Source of the DNA: a virus | Lineage: Duplodnaviria > Heunggongvirae > Uroviricota > Caudoviricetes | Virus record (IMG/VR): IMGVR_UViG_2606217102_000016 | Length of the DNA: 22,185 nt | Direction: 5' to 3' (one strand) | Shown: positions 1 through 9,658 of the stretch, one piece after another | How positions within the stretch are numbered: the stretch's first letter is position 1 | Layout: each line of letters begins with the position of its first letter | Made by a program: the position numbers and the translations under genes | The notes under the pieces: generated by a model | Seen by the model: only the letters and a program-made list of their open reading frames with translations | Database searches by the model: none | Told to the model about the DNA's origin: nothing

Positions 1-1640
1 GTTCCGAAAGTTAAATAAGCATCTCCTAAAAATGTATAAACCGACCCATCGTATTTTTCAAAACGCAAACGACAACGAAGACCATCAGGAGCTTTAACCC
101 TGCATGAAACAGTGCAATACTTATTATCGCCACTAACATCAATCCCCCGGGATGCACTGCATGTATGCAGACTAAGTGCAGATGATTGTCCTGTCATATT
201 ATCTTTTGTTCGCATTTTGGCATATGAAAAACCAAATTCATCAACACCATTATTAGTTTTATCGATATTGCTGGTACTCGTCCATTCAGCGGGAGTATTG
301 GATTTAACAAAATAGTTAGTGCGCTGTCCTTCAATCAATAAACCTTCTTTTTCAAATCGTGGCTCATCAATTTTAGCAACACTAAATACGCCTGATTTAT
401 TGATATATGTGGCAGTTGATGCGCGTTTAAACTTAACAACCTTGTCGCCAGGCATCGTTATTTCATCATCACCAATAACAATTTTTTTATATGACGGCGA
501 AAAGCCCGTAATCATATCCAGTGAATCGTTAAACGGTATCCACACATCAGGCAGTGGCTGTAAGACATATTTATACGGTTCTGCTGCCTGGCTTGCATAC
601 TCTCTGGCTGCGTCTTCACTTGCTTTTGCAGCCATCTGGCTTGCAGCGGATGCTTTCGCCGAGTTAGTCGCCGCAGTCTCGCTCGCCTTTGCGTTGGTTT
701 CACTGGTTTTTGCTGCTTTTTGACTGTTAGCTGATGCAGTGGCAGAAGCAGCCGCCGCGCTTGCAGAACCAGCTGCGGCACTCTCGCTTTCAGCTGCTGC
801 ATCCTGACTGCTTTTCGCCGCAGTTTCGCTGGCTTTGGCATTCGTTTCGCTGGTCTTCGCTGCCGTCTGGCTGGACTTTGCGTTAGTTTCACTCGTCTTC
901 GCAGCTTTCTGGCTGTTAGCCGCAGCAGTTGCTGATCCAGCTGCTGAAGTCGCAGAACCGGCTGCCGCGCTCTCGCTTTGGGCTGCTGCAACCTGGCTGT
1001 TTTTTGCCGCAGTTTCACTGGCTTTGGCATTCGTTTCGCTGGTTTTCGCTGCCGTCTGGCTGGACTTTGCGTTGGTTTCGCTCGTCTTTGCGGCTGTCTC
1101 GCTATTTTTCGCGTTGGTTTCTGATTTTTTGGCTGCTGTCGCGGAGTTTGCCGATGCAGTCTGCGAGGTCGCTGCCGCCTGTGCACTATTAGCTGCATTC
1201 GTTTCTGAGGTTTTCGCCGCGTTCTTTGATGATGCCGCTGCAGTTTCGGATTTCTTTGCCGCCGCTGCGCTCTGAGAGGCGGCTTCGGCGTTGCGTGCCA
1301 CTTCTTCCACCATTGCCTCAAAACGACGCAATGCCTCCGGCATGACATCATCTTCCGTCATGGCACCGAGAAAATCATTCAGCGTACCTGGTCTGGAGCC
1401 TTCATAGACGGTAATGGTCCCGGCATGTGAAGGCGGAAAACCTTCAACCAGCAGGGTGACGCTGTACTGGCCATACTCAACATCCATGCTGTAACGTCCG
1501 GCTTCATCCGGATTTTCAGAAGCCACCGTGTTCACCAGTACCGTGGTGCTGTTACGCTTTGCCTTCAGTTGAATAGTGCAGTTCTGTATTGGTTTTCCCG
1601 CACCATCTTTCAGCACACCTGAGATTTTTACTGCTGCCAT
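1..1640 (-). CDS. stf: Side tail fibre protein (lambda Stf-like), N-terminal part; C-terminus lies beyond the left window edge
   Basis: Minus-strand translation from the ATG at 1640 (SD GGAG 6 nt upstream) gives MAAVKISGVLKDGAGKPIQNCTIQLKAKRNSTTVLVNTVASENPDEAGRYSMDVEYGQYSVTLLVEGFPPSHAGTITVYE..., matching the remembered lambda Stf N-terminus. It is followed by Ala/Ser/Thr-rich AAKTSETNAK repeats and then a globular region. The frame stays open to position 1. This ORF is absent from the supplied track because it has no stop in the window; the track ORFs 512..1351(-), 835..1275(+) and 929..1192(+) are other frames of the same repeat DNA. Confidence 0.85.
   Translation of the reverse strand, partial: MAAVKISGVLKDGAGKPIQNCTIQLKAKRNSTTVLVNTVASENPDEAGRYSMDVEYGQYSVTLLVEGFPPSHAGTITVYEGSRPGTLNDFLGAMTEDDVMPEALRRFEAMVEEVARNAEAASQSAAAAKKSETAAASSKNAAKTSETNAANSAQAAATSQTASANSATAAKKSETNAKNSETAAKTSETNAKSSQTAAKTSETNAKASETAAKNSQVAAAQSESAAAGSATSAAGSATAAANSQKAAKTSETNAKSSQTAAKTSETNAKASETAAKSSQDAAAESESAAAGSASAAAASATASANSQKAAKTSETNAKASETAATNSAKASAASQMAAKASEDAAREYASQAAEPYKYVLQPLPDVWIPFNDSLDMITGFSPSYKKIVIGDDEITMPGDKVVKFKRASTATYINKSGVFSVAKIDEPRFEKEGLLIEGQRTNYFVKSNTPAEWTSTSNIDKTNNGVDEFGFSYAKMRTKDNMTGQSSALSLHTCSASRGIDVSGDNKYCTVSCRVKAPDGLRCRLRFEKYDGSVYTFLGDAYLTFG
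640..1210 (-). repeat. Intragenic tandem repeats in stf (189-bp / 63-codon unit, plus shorter degenerate sub-repeats)
   Basis: The string ggctttggcattcgtttcgctgg...ctggctggactttgcgtt recurs at 831 and 1020, an offset of 189 bp, in frame. The encoded protein repeats AAKTSETNAKSSQTAAKTSETNAKASETAAK. Boundaries are approximate. Confidence 0.7.
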
Positions 1641-1651
1641 ATCCACTCCAC

Positions 1652-1678
1652 AAAAAAGCCCGCCTGAACCGGCGGGCT
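1652..1678 (-). terminator. Candidate rho-independent terminator between the lom-like remnant and stf
   Basis: On the minus strand the stem AGCCCGCC / GGCGGGCT (8 bp, loop GGTTCA) is followed by TTTTTTGTGG. It lies 27 nt downstream of the stop of the 1705..2601 ORF and just upstream of the stf SD and ATG. Confidence 0.5.
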
Positions 1679-1704
1679 GTCATAACACTGTGTTACCTGG
1701 CTAA

Positions 1705-2601
1705 TCAGAATTTATAACCGACACCAACGATGAAACCGTCAGTGCGCCAGTCGCCACTGCCGGAACCTTCATAAGCAATATCAATGGCCACGGATTCGGT
1801 CGGGTTAAACTGCACGCCAGCCCCCCATGCCAGAGACGTGTCGCTGTGGCGACCGTCATCACATCCGGTCAGCACATCGTGCGTTTTCCCCTTGTTGTCA
1901 GTTACGCGGATATAATCTCCGGAGAAAGTCGAAACACGGCTGTAAGCCATAACCGCCCTGAGTGTTTCTTCGCTTCCTGTCGCTTCATACTCCTGTTCTG
2001 CAGTCAGTAATTTGTAAACCAGTTGCGCCCAGGTCTGATACGCAGCAGCTGGCCCTTCCATCCAGAAACTGGCGATACGGGAGCGGCGCGGTTCACCGGA
2101 AACGTTGCCGTTACGATCAATGACCTGACCTTCACGCAACCAGACTCCTGCACTATTGAGCTCACGCTTTTTCTCCGCAGTGATAATGCCGCTGCAGTGC
2201 GGGCAAAGTAGATACGCCGCCTCACTGGCTTTAAAGGGATCCGGTTCATTACGGTAGCCGGTCATGGCATCCATAGCTGGCTGAAAATATTCACCGCAGT
2301 GCGGACATGGCCAGTACCAGCGGCGGCGGTCACCACGATTGTAAAGGGAAAGAATACCAGTCGTCGGTGGCGCTTCATGAGGCGACTTACGTCGCCATTT
2401 GCTGTCGCAGATGTCACGTCCCGGCGAGCTCTCCACCAGAGTCATCCCGGCGGACATAAATGTGGTGGTACGTTTTGAGGCCAGGGAGAAACCATCACCC
2501 TCGCTGTCGATATTCTCCGGAAAACGGTCGTAATCGGTTAAGGCGACAAACCGGTAATAAGCATCACCGATCCCGCTCACATTTGACATAAGCAACTCCA
2601 T
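1705..2601 (-). pseudogene. Chimeric remnant ORF: internal fragment of a terminase large subunit (lambda gpA family) fused in frame to the C-terminal part of a Lom/OmpX-family outer-membrane protein
   Basis: The 298-aa translation has an N-terminal two-thirds with ...DYDRFPENIDSEGDGFSLASKR...WYWPCPHCGEYF...YLLCPHCSG...VWLREGQVIDRNG...FWMEGPAAAYQTWAQLV, which parallels my memory of lambda gpA (GYDELAAFDDDIEQEGSPTFLGDKR...ACPHCGE...). The last ~80 aa, ...AVMAYSRVSTFSGDYIRVTDNKGKTHD...TSLAWGAGVQFNPTESVAIDIAYEGSGSGDWRTDGFIVGVGYKF, match the lambda Lom C-terminus almost residue for residue. There is no signal peptide and no terminase N-terminal ATPase region. The junction is near ...GSEETL|RAVMAYS. 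Confidence 0.6.
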
Positions 2602-3151
2602 CTGGCAGGTGAAAATCAGGTTTATTTATATATTTCAATTAATTGCAAACTGGTCTAATGACAGGAAGAAAAAAATATTGTACAGGTGAAAAGGGAAATA
2701 ACTTTTAATTATCAATAAATTACCAAACATGCTGCCGCCGCCATGGAAATGCAAAAACTAGCCTTTTTCCGCGACGCTCCCGCCCCGTGGCAGGGCCCCC
2801 CACTGGGAGGACCCGACAGCCTGACAACCGTGACGAGCATCTGTAACAGAGCTTTACATAATGGCATGGGGATAATTCAGAAGGACATCACAGCATGCCC
2901 ACACAAATTAGTGTGAGTGTCCTGTTTCTTACTACGCGCAGGACTGACGAGCATGAGGGGAAAATACGAGAACCGAAATGCCTTATCTTCAGAAATGCAG
3001 CCGGCATCCGAACTGGACGATATTGTAAATTCACCTAAATACGAGGCATTGCTGTAGTTGAATTGCATTGCTGTATTAGCCTGACAGTGACAGAATACGA
3101 TATTGACTCTGTCACTTGTGAAATGGTCAGAATGGTTAGCAGTTATGGTGA

Positions 3152-3358
3152 TCAGTCAACCACCAGGGAATAATCCTTCGTATTCTTATCGTGCTTTACT
3201 AACGCGGCCTCAATTGCCCTGAATGCTTCCAGAGACACTTGATGTTCTATACATGCAATTACAACATCCGGGTAACTCATCGAAATGGTGCTATTAAGCA
3301 TAGTTTTTACACGAACCTGCTCCTGGGAGGGGGCATCAGTGTATTGATCTTTATGCAT
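3152..3358 (-). CDS. Hypothetical small protein (68 aa), weak call
   Basis: ATG at 3358 with GGAG 8 nt upstream. The translation [57 protein letters not shown]... has protein-like composition. It sits in an otherwise non-coding ~1 kb stretch; no family recognised. Confidence 0.25.
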   Translation of the reverse strand: MHKDQYTDAPSQEQVRVKTMLNSTISMSYPDVVIACIEHQVSLEAFRAIEAALVKHDKNTKDYSLVVD

Positions 3359-3651
3359 TTTGTCGCTCCATGCGTTTGCTCTTCACTTACGGCTAAAAAT
3401 ATAACGTCAAATCACTCAGCATGAAAGAGTTAAAGATTCAGCGCGTTTCCCTTACATAATCTGTCGTTTGTATTCTCTTCAGGCATACCGGAAAGACTAG
3501 GTATTGTCACACAACCAATACCATCGACAATCGAGATTTATACCTATTCGGTAATGTTTAAATATAACAAAACCCCGTAAAAACGAGGTTTATGGGTAAT
3601 TTGTATTGTTGAATAGCATCTGATGAGAAATTGATGCTAATACTAAACAGA

Positions 3652-3825
3652 CTAGATTAAATCAATCTTGATATCATAGCTTTCAAGACCAGTCATTTTT
3701 TCCCGTGCAGTAAACTGGATACTGGTAACTTCTTTCCCGGTCTTTTTCTTAAGCTCAATGATTTTTTTTGTTATATATTCAGAAATATCTGCTTCTGTTT
3801 TTGTTTTTAACTCTTCAATGTTCAT
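3652..3825 (-). CDS. gnsB: GnsB-family small protein (57 aa)
   Basis: Translation MNIEELKTKTEADISEYITKKIIELKKKTGKEVTSIQFTAREKMTGLESYDIKIDLI matches the GnsA/GnsB family as I remember it. SD AGAGGA precedes a tandem ATG-ATG; the second ATG (3825) has the better spacing. The track ORF 3652..3918 is an upstream in-frame extension. Confidence 0.8.
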   Translation of the reverse strand: MNIEELKTKTEADISEYITKKIIELKKKTGKEVTSIQFTAREKMTGLESYDIKIDLI

Positions 3826-3997
3826 CATTTCCTCTTTTAGTCTGTTATGACTTTCCTGGTACACAGTAGTGTCAATTATATGGAGCAAACGTATAAAAGA
3901 TAAGATGAAACATCGCAATAATCAACATACGACGGTCTAAATTTCACACAAACAGATAAAGATGATTATCATTTATTATCAATGCATTAGAATCAAA

Positions 3998-4228
3998 TCA
4001 ATTCAAGAGTCTCATTGCTGCTTCCAGAATTTCTTCTGAAGTTACATGTCGATCCGCTGCTACATAAATGACTTTATGATCTCCGGTCAGAGATGGAAAC
4101 CCTGCAGCCATTACAGTGAGGTGTGTTGTTTCGCCATTTGGATATTCACGCATGATGGTGTTAACTCCGGTCATCACTGGCACTACCATTGCTGGTTCAG
4201 AGTTAAAAAAAACTATTATTTTTTTCAT
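3998..4228 (-). CDS. ynfN: YnfN-like small prophage protein (start uncertain)
   Basis: The C-terminal two-thirds, MREYPNGETTHLTVMAAGFPSLTGDHKVIYVAADRHVTSEEILEAAMRLLN, matches my memory of Qin YnfN and its position between gnsB and cspI. None of the in-frame ATGs (4228, 4189, 4174, 4153) has a convincing SD, so the true start may be internal. Confidence 0.6.
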   Translation of the reverse strand: MKKIIVFFNSEPAMVVPVMTGVNTIMREYPNGETTHLTVMAAGFPSLTGDHKVIYVAADRHVTSEEILEAAMRLLN

Positions 4229-4270
4229 AATGTTACCGTATTATGTGAGTATCCATCGACTAGACACTAA

Positions 4271-4293
4271 GCAAAAAAGCTCCCGAAGGAGCC
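4271..4293 (-). terminator. Candidate rho-independent terminator upstream of ynfN
   Basis: On the minus strand GGCTCC-TTCG-GGAGC (GNRA-like tetraloop) is followed by TTTTTTGCTT. It lies 8 nt downstream of the stop of the 4301..4516 small ORF and ~210 nt downstream of cspI. Confidence 0.5.
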
Positions 4294-4300
4294 TTCATTT

Positions 4301-4516
4301 TCACTTTCTTAAATCTAACGATAGACGGCTAACATTTAAGTATTGTGAAATATTATCAAATGTAATCATCATTGATTTACAAAAGATACATTTTGCCCCG
4401 AAAGGATTCCTGTCAGAAACATCAAAAGATGATGTTCTATACTGAGAACCATGGCAACACGGGCATCTAAAGTGAATATGGTTTGTAATATTTTCTACCT
4501 CAAAGTGCCACAACAT
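4301..4516 (-). CDS. Candidate small zinc-ribbon protein (71 aa)
   Basis: Translation [71 protein letters not shown] has two Cys pairs (CPCC...CIFC), a zinc-ribbon-like pattern. The ATG at 4516 overlaps the cspI 3' end by 17 nt in another frame, there is no strong SD, and a terminator follows immediately. I recall small zinc-binding proteins annotated in Qin but cannot confirm identity. Confidence 0.3.
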   Translation of the reverse strand: MLWHFEVENITNHIHFRCPCCHGSQYRTSSFDVSDRNPFGAKCIFCKSMMITFDNISQYLNVSRLSLDLRK

Positions 4517-4712
4517 GAACAGCCGCGGGGCCTTTAGGTCCGTTCTCAATACCAAATTCGACTTCCTGATTCTCAGTTAACGTTTTGAAATCGTTGCTCT
4601 GAATAGCTGAGAAATGGACAAACACATCTTTGCTACCATCTTTCGGCGTGATGAAACCAAAACCTTTTTCAGGGTTAAACCATTTCACTAAACCAGTCAT
4701 TTTGTTAGACAT
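4500..4712 (-). CDS. cspI: Cold-shock protein, CspA family (70 aa)
   Basis: Translation [70 protein letters not shown] contains the RNP1/RNP2 cold-shock motifs (KGFGFI, VFVHF). A tandem ATG at 4715/4712 is preceded by an AAGG SD. A long AT-rich upstream region (4716..5075) is consistent with the long 5'UTR typical of csp genes. Confidence 0.9.
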   Translation of the reverse strand: MSNKMTGLVKWFNPEKGFGFITPKDGSKDVFVHFSAIQSNDFKTLTENQEVEFGIENGPKGPAAVHVVAL

Positions 4713-5075
4713 CATTATTACCTTTTGAAGAAGTTAGCCCTTGGGCAGAATGGTCCGAAAAAAAATATCAGAGAGAAAAACCAACAAGGAAATCTCAAGA
4801 GGTACAAATAATAAAATTATAACAATGACTGCTTCAGATAATTTTGTAACAAACCAGAACACCATTAACGCATGATTAACCAACCATAGCAAGGATTACT
4901 TTTGTAAAGAAAAACACACGAATGAAACAATAGCTTTATTTATTAATAAAACGTGTCATTCTGTCTAATGATCTTTTATCTTACCCTTAAGATTTCAAGG
5001 ATTTTGACTCATGGAAGAGTCCTTTTTATTTAAATTTCACATTCAGCGCTAAAAATAATCCGATTTAATATTAAT

Positions 5076-6103
<1,028 letters not shown>

Positions 6104-6216
6104 GGATATTTATCAGGATTTATCGGCTTCAAATCCCCGGATATGTTAAATCTTACCTCACCAGTGATGGGCACTGGCGGGAGGAGGATGTCAATCTGAT
6201 AAACACAGAGGCGACT

Positions 6217-6477
6217 ATGGATTACACAAATCTACCTAAACAAACTTTTGCTGATTTAATCGCACTCAGGCAAGCAGTCGTAGCTCTAATCAACTTGTTG
6301 CCGGAGAAGGAAAAGGAATTAGTTAAAGCGCTTCTTAACAGAACTGCCGCCGATTTTTCATCATATCCACTGACAGATGACCTTGCGGACCTTCCTGAAT
6401 TAATTGCAGCGTCCGCCAATAAGCTTACTGAAGAGATTTACCCTCCTCAAAAATCTTCACAAAATTCCTGCGAGTAA
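6217..6477 (+). CDS. Hypothetical 86-aa ORF on the opposite strand inside the lysis cassette (weak call)
   Basis: ATG at 6217 with GAGG 6 nt upstream. Translation MDYTNLPKQTFADLIALRQAVVALINLLPEKEKELVKALLNRTAADFSSYPLTDDLADLPELIAASANKL... is helical and protein-like. It overlaps the 3' end of the minus-strand gene 6425..6976 by ~50 nt. Confidence 0.25.
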   Translation: MDYTNLPKQTFADLIALRQAVVALINLLPEKEKELVKALLNRTAADFSSYPLTDDLADLPELIAASANKLTEEIYPPQKSSQNSCE

Positions 6478-6976
6478 CTTCAATGCAATAATCGTAAAAC
6501 GCCGCAAACTGCTCATCGCGGCGTTTTTTTTCATCTTCAGAAGGAATCAGCACCGACAATTTTTTATTCAGATCAGCGACGCTGCCCTCCAGTTTTTCAA
6601 TGGGCGATTCAATATCATCTTTTTCTGACCGCAATGCCGTCGGTGGCGTCTTCAGAGAACCAGTAATTCTTCCCGGTAGCTTTCCTTTGTAGGTTATCCA
6701 CACATTCTGCGCCTCTAAAATTATGGGGCGCTTTTCCGGCGACTGCTCATCCCCTTCACATAACCCGGCAGCAACATCCAGGAAGACCTGTCTGATGCTC
6801 CTTCTGGCTGCTGCCTCATAAAACTCCAGCGCGGCACCTTCAACACGGTCCAGCGAGATGTCCAGGTCAAAAATTTCACCGTCAAAGTGTTTTTTGTCCC
6901 GTAAGGCTACAGTTACCGCCACTTTATTCTCAAAATTGCGAACTCCTTTCACAACCAGTTCATAGTCTTGAGTCAT
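6425..6976 (-). CDS. Hypothetical protein between holin and endolysin (183 aa)
   Basis: ATG at 6976 lies 5 nt after the holin stop, with a GAGAG SD. The position is that of ydfR in Qin, but this protein is longer than I remember YdfR to be. No motif recognised. Confidence 0.6.
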   Translation of the reverse strand: MTQDYELVVKGVRNFENKVAVTVALRDKKHFDGEIFDLDISLDRVEGAALEFYEAAARRSIRQVFLDVAAGLCEGDEQSPEKRPIILEAQNVWITYKGKLPGRITGSLKTPPTALRSEKDDIESPIEKLEGSVADLNKKLSVLIPSEDEKKRRDEQFAAFYDYCIEVTRRNFVKIFEEGKSLQ

Positions 6977-6980
6977 TGGA

Positions 6981-7196
6981 TTACTCTCTTCTCGCAACCT
7001 TACGCCTGTCTTCTTTAATCTTGAAATAAAGGTTTGTCAGATACGTCAGCATGCCAAATACCAGACTACCCAATACACCTATTGCCGCCCACTGTGAGGG
7101 CGTGACTTTATCGAGCAACTGTAAAAACCAGTAGCCAGCACTGCCTGCAGAGGTGCTGTAGGCGATGCCCGTTGTTAACTTATCCATGGATTTCAT
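6981..7196 (-). CDS. Class II holin / pinholin (phage 21 S-like), dual-start motif
   Basis: Translation [71 protein letters not shown] (71 aa) closely matches my memory of S21/EssQ. Two starts (M1 at 7196, M4 at 7187) give the antiholin/holin pair. A strong SD GGAGGTGAGG precedes it. The track ORF 6981..7280 is an in-frame upstream extension. Confidence 0.85.
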   Translation of the reverse strand: MKSMDKLTTGIAYSTSAGSAGYWFLQLLDKVTPSQWAAIGVLGSLVFGMLTYLTNLYFKIKEDRRKVARRE

Positions 7197-7286
7197 AGCC
7201 TCACCTCCGCAGATAACGGATGGTGTACACGGTTTGGTTCGAAGAAGGAAAGAAGTTACATTAGCGTAAGGCCCGAACATCTATTC

Positions 7287-7317
7287 AAAAAGAAAAACGC
7301 CAGCAATTATTCTGGCG
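7287..7317 (-). terminator. Candidate rho-independent terminator downstream of the AraC-family gene
   Basis: On the minus strand CGCCAG-AATAATTG-CTGGCG is followed by TTTTTCTTTTT. It lies 70 nt downstream of the AraC-family gene stop and ~90 nt upstream of the holin start. Confidence 0.5.
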
Positions 7318-7386
7318 TAGCTAAAAATATCGTATAATCTTACACTTCAAAAAATAACTTTATAAAATACCATCACATCATATCTT

Positions 7387-8100
7387 CTAAGAAAATCTTG
7401 ATAAATATTGGCGCGGAGGCACACCAAAATATCCTCTAAAAACACTTACAAAATATGATGCATTGTCATACCCGCATATTCCCGCCACCTTGCCGACAGT
7501 ATGGTTACTGTAGATCAATAATCTTTGCGCCATCATCATTCGTTCTTCAAGAATTAATTTACTAAACGATAATCCTTCGTCTTTTAATTTTCTTTTTAAC
7601 AAACTCTCGCTCATATATAATCTTGAAGATATATCACAAAGTCTCCATGACGCTGAGATATCCGAGTGAATAATAGCCTTAACTTTACAACCTAAGCTAT
7701 TAAGACTTCCGAACAAAAAACTTTGCACTATTTTCTCTGAAGATAAGACAGCAAGACATGCAAGTGATATTTGATTTCTAACTACATCCACGGTTTTGCT
7801 ATCACAATTCAAGCATGCAACCAAGTTCCTTAACAATGAAAAATCTTCACATTCTACTATCAAGTATGACGGATAAAACCTTCTTACAGAAAAAGGTGAG
7901 AGTGTGTAGTTTTTAAAGAAATCATTAACTGTTTTCTCCTCAACATCTACGATCATTAGATGATCTGTATTTGACGAAAAAAGATCTTTTAAATTGTATT
8001 CAATGAGGACAGCATTTCCTTTTTTAAACAAAATATCTTCTTTACCAATTCGGACACCAAACGAGTTCAACACCAAAATGATAGAACATATGTATGGCAT
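7387..8100 (-). CDS. AraC/XylS-family transcriptional regulator (cargo gene)
   Basis: The C-terminal ~100 aa carry the two AraC-type HTH units (...WRLCDISSRLYMSESLLKRKLKDEGLSFSKLILEERMMMAQRLLIYSNHTVGKVAGICGYDNASYFVSVFRGYFGVPPRQY). The gene is very AT-rich. ATG at 8100 with an AGGTGG SD; the track start at 8109 is GTG. Confidence 0.8.
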   Translation of the reverse strand: MPYICSIILVLNSFGVRIGKEDILFKKGNAVLIEYNLKDLFSSNTDHLMIVDVEEKTVNDFFKNYTLSPFSVRRFYPSYLIVECEDFSLLRNLVACLNCDSKTVDVVRNQISLACLAVLSSEKIVQSFLFGSLNSLGCKVKAIIHSDISASWRLCDISSRLYMSESLLKRKLKDEGLSFSKLILEERMMMAQRLLIYSNHTVGKVAGICGYDNASYFVSVFRGYFGVPPRQYLSRFS

Positions 8101-8506
8101 ATTATCCACCTGATATCATTGGGGTTACACCAGGTAAGTATAGGTGGAAAATCAATATTCGCCAGTTCAACAATAAGGAAAATCTCATTGCATCACAACT
8201 ATAAAACCATGTGTTTAACTCACAAAAAACAAATCATTAAACTAATCTGTTATATTATAATAGCTGCGTGCAATAATAATATTATATGCTCTTAATATTC
8301 ACTTGAAATATCTTCATATAAAAACAGATTGAATAAAATCTTTTGGGGCTGGTATGTTTACCAACATTAAATTGCATCTCAATGTTTTCTTTAGCGTGAA
8401 CAGGATTTTTATACAAACTGACACTATGGGCATCATAGCGTAGTTTTTACGATTGTAAATATCCTGCATACAGGAACTCATCACTTTCAGATGATATCGC
8501 ATACAG

Positions 8507-9466
8507 TTAATTCACCATCAGTCTTAGAGCCAGTTCTTCCGGATAGGGATCGAAGTAATTCTGTGTAAGCAAGTAATCATTAGGATACTCACCCAGATAA
8601 TGCTTCAGCAGAGTCAACGGCGCAAGAAGAGGCAATGTGCCAAAGCGATAGTTAAGTATAACCTCGCTCAACTCTTTACGCTGGCGTGTACTTAAGTAAT
8701 TACTAAAATACCCCTGTATATGCATCAGCACATTCGTGTGATTTTTACGTGATGCTGGTTTTCTGAGAATCGCCATCAGATTATCACGATACACCTCAAA
8801 GTATGATTCAAGGTCCGCCCACTCGTGTATTGCAGCCACAAATGGTCCCATATCTTTATAGCCTGCCTGGCTATGCGCCAACAACTGAAGCTTATAACGA
8901 CTATGAAAAGCTAATAACTCTCTTCTTGATAATTTCTCCTTGTAAAGATGATTGAGCTCATGCAAAGCAAAAACTCTTTCAATAAAATTCTCACGAAGCA
9001 CTGGATCATGTAATCGCCCATCCTCTTCAACCGGTAGCCAGGAAAACTTTTCCATCAAAGTGCTCGTAAATAGTCCCACTCCATCTTTACGACCTCGATT
9101 ACCATTTTCATCATAGACACGCACGCGCTCCATGCCACAGCTGGGAGATTTAGCACAAACCACAAACCCCGATACATCCTTTAATTTGTCCATATAAGAA
9201 CGACTAAACTCTGTCATTCTCTCTGTCACATCCTCATTCTGGTCGTGGCTGAAACACATCCGTATATTTCCTTGCTTCGAGCGCACAAGTCGTAGAGCAG
9301 GACGCGGAACTGGCAGCCCTATAGCCATTTCCGGACATACTGGTCTGAATGTTACCCATTCCACTAATTTGTCCATTAAAAAGTCATCTCTTTTGTGACC
9401 ACCATCAAAACGAACAGCAGAACCGCCCAAACAACCGCTGATCCCAATCACAGGTTTTTTTATCAT
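8507..9466 (-). CDS. DUF523 (TudS-like, putative 4Fe-4S) + DUF1722 (YbgA-like) two-domain protein (cargo gene)
   Basis: The N-terminus MIKKPVIGISGCLGGSAVRFDGGHKRDDF... has the DUF523 Cys-containing signature as I remember it from TudS/YbbK-like proteins. The C-terminal half is alpha-helical and of DUF1722 size. ATG at 9466 with a GGAGG SD. Confidence 0.7.
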   Translation of the reverse strand: MIKKPVIGISGCLGGSAVRFDGGHKRDDFLMDKLVEWVTFRPVCPEMAIGLPVPRPALRLVRSKQGNIRMCFSHDQNEDVTERMTEFSRSYMDKLKDVSGFVVCAKSPSCGMERVRVYDENGNRGRKDGVGLFTSTLMEKFSWLPVEEDGRLHDPVLRENFIERVFALHELNHLYKEKLSRRELLAFHSRYKLQLLAHSQAGYKDMGPFVAAIHEWADLESYFEVYRDNLMAILRKPASRKNHTNVLMHIQGYFSNYLSTRQRKELSEVILNYRFGTLPLLAPLTLLKHYLGEYPNDYLLTQNYFDPYPEELALRLMVN

Positions 9467-9658
9467 TTCCTCCCCCTTGACTAATTCATTAACACATAAA
9501 CTTTGTAGTGCACGGACTAAATTGCCTTTCTGGCTTCATCACTGACAATTTTTCTGTTATTGACTATTCCTAATATAGTAGGAAAGTTCTTTAAGTGATC
9601 GGTCGTACTCATCTATCTTTCATACTTACTCTCAACTATCAAAAGTACAGGATTTATT

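Noticed and set aside
640-1210. Possible CRISPR-like array, because of regularly spaced repeats
   Set aside because: The repeats are in-frame protein-coding repeats of the tail fibre (189-bp period, imperfect) with no unique spacers of uniform length. Not CRISPR.
512-1351. 279-aa Arg/Gln/Lys-rich ORF on the minus strand, plus the plus-strand ORFs 835..1275 and 929..1192 over the same DNA
   Set aside because: These are alternative frames of the stf repeat region. The frame initiated at ATG 1640 gives a coherent side-tail-fibre protein; the others are low-complexity artefacts of the repetitive, GC-rich DNA.
2004-2249. ORFs 2004..2249(-) and 2023..2211(+) inside the terminase'-'lom chimera
   Set aside because: Alternative frames within a longer ORF that has recognisable homology.
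7236-7243. GGTTCGAA T-loop-like motif (also at ~9818), raising the possibility of a tRNA gene at the Q-S junction as in Stx phages
   Set aside because: No acceptor stem, anticodon arm or following TCC/CCA context; the 9818 copy is inside the lipocalin CDS. No tRNA is supported.
8314-8502. 62-aa minus-strand ORF between the AraC-family and DUF523 genes
   Set aside because: Lies in AT-rich intergenic or promoter DNA with no SD and an implausible hydrophobic, Cys-containing sequence.
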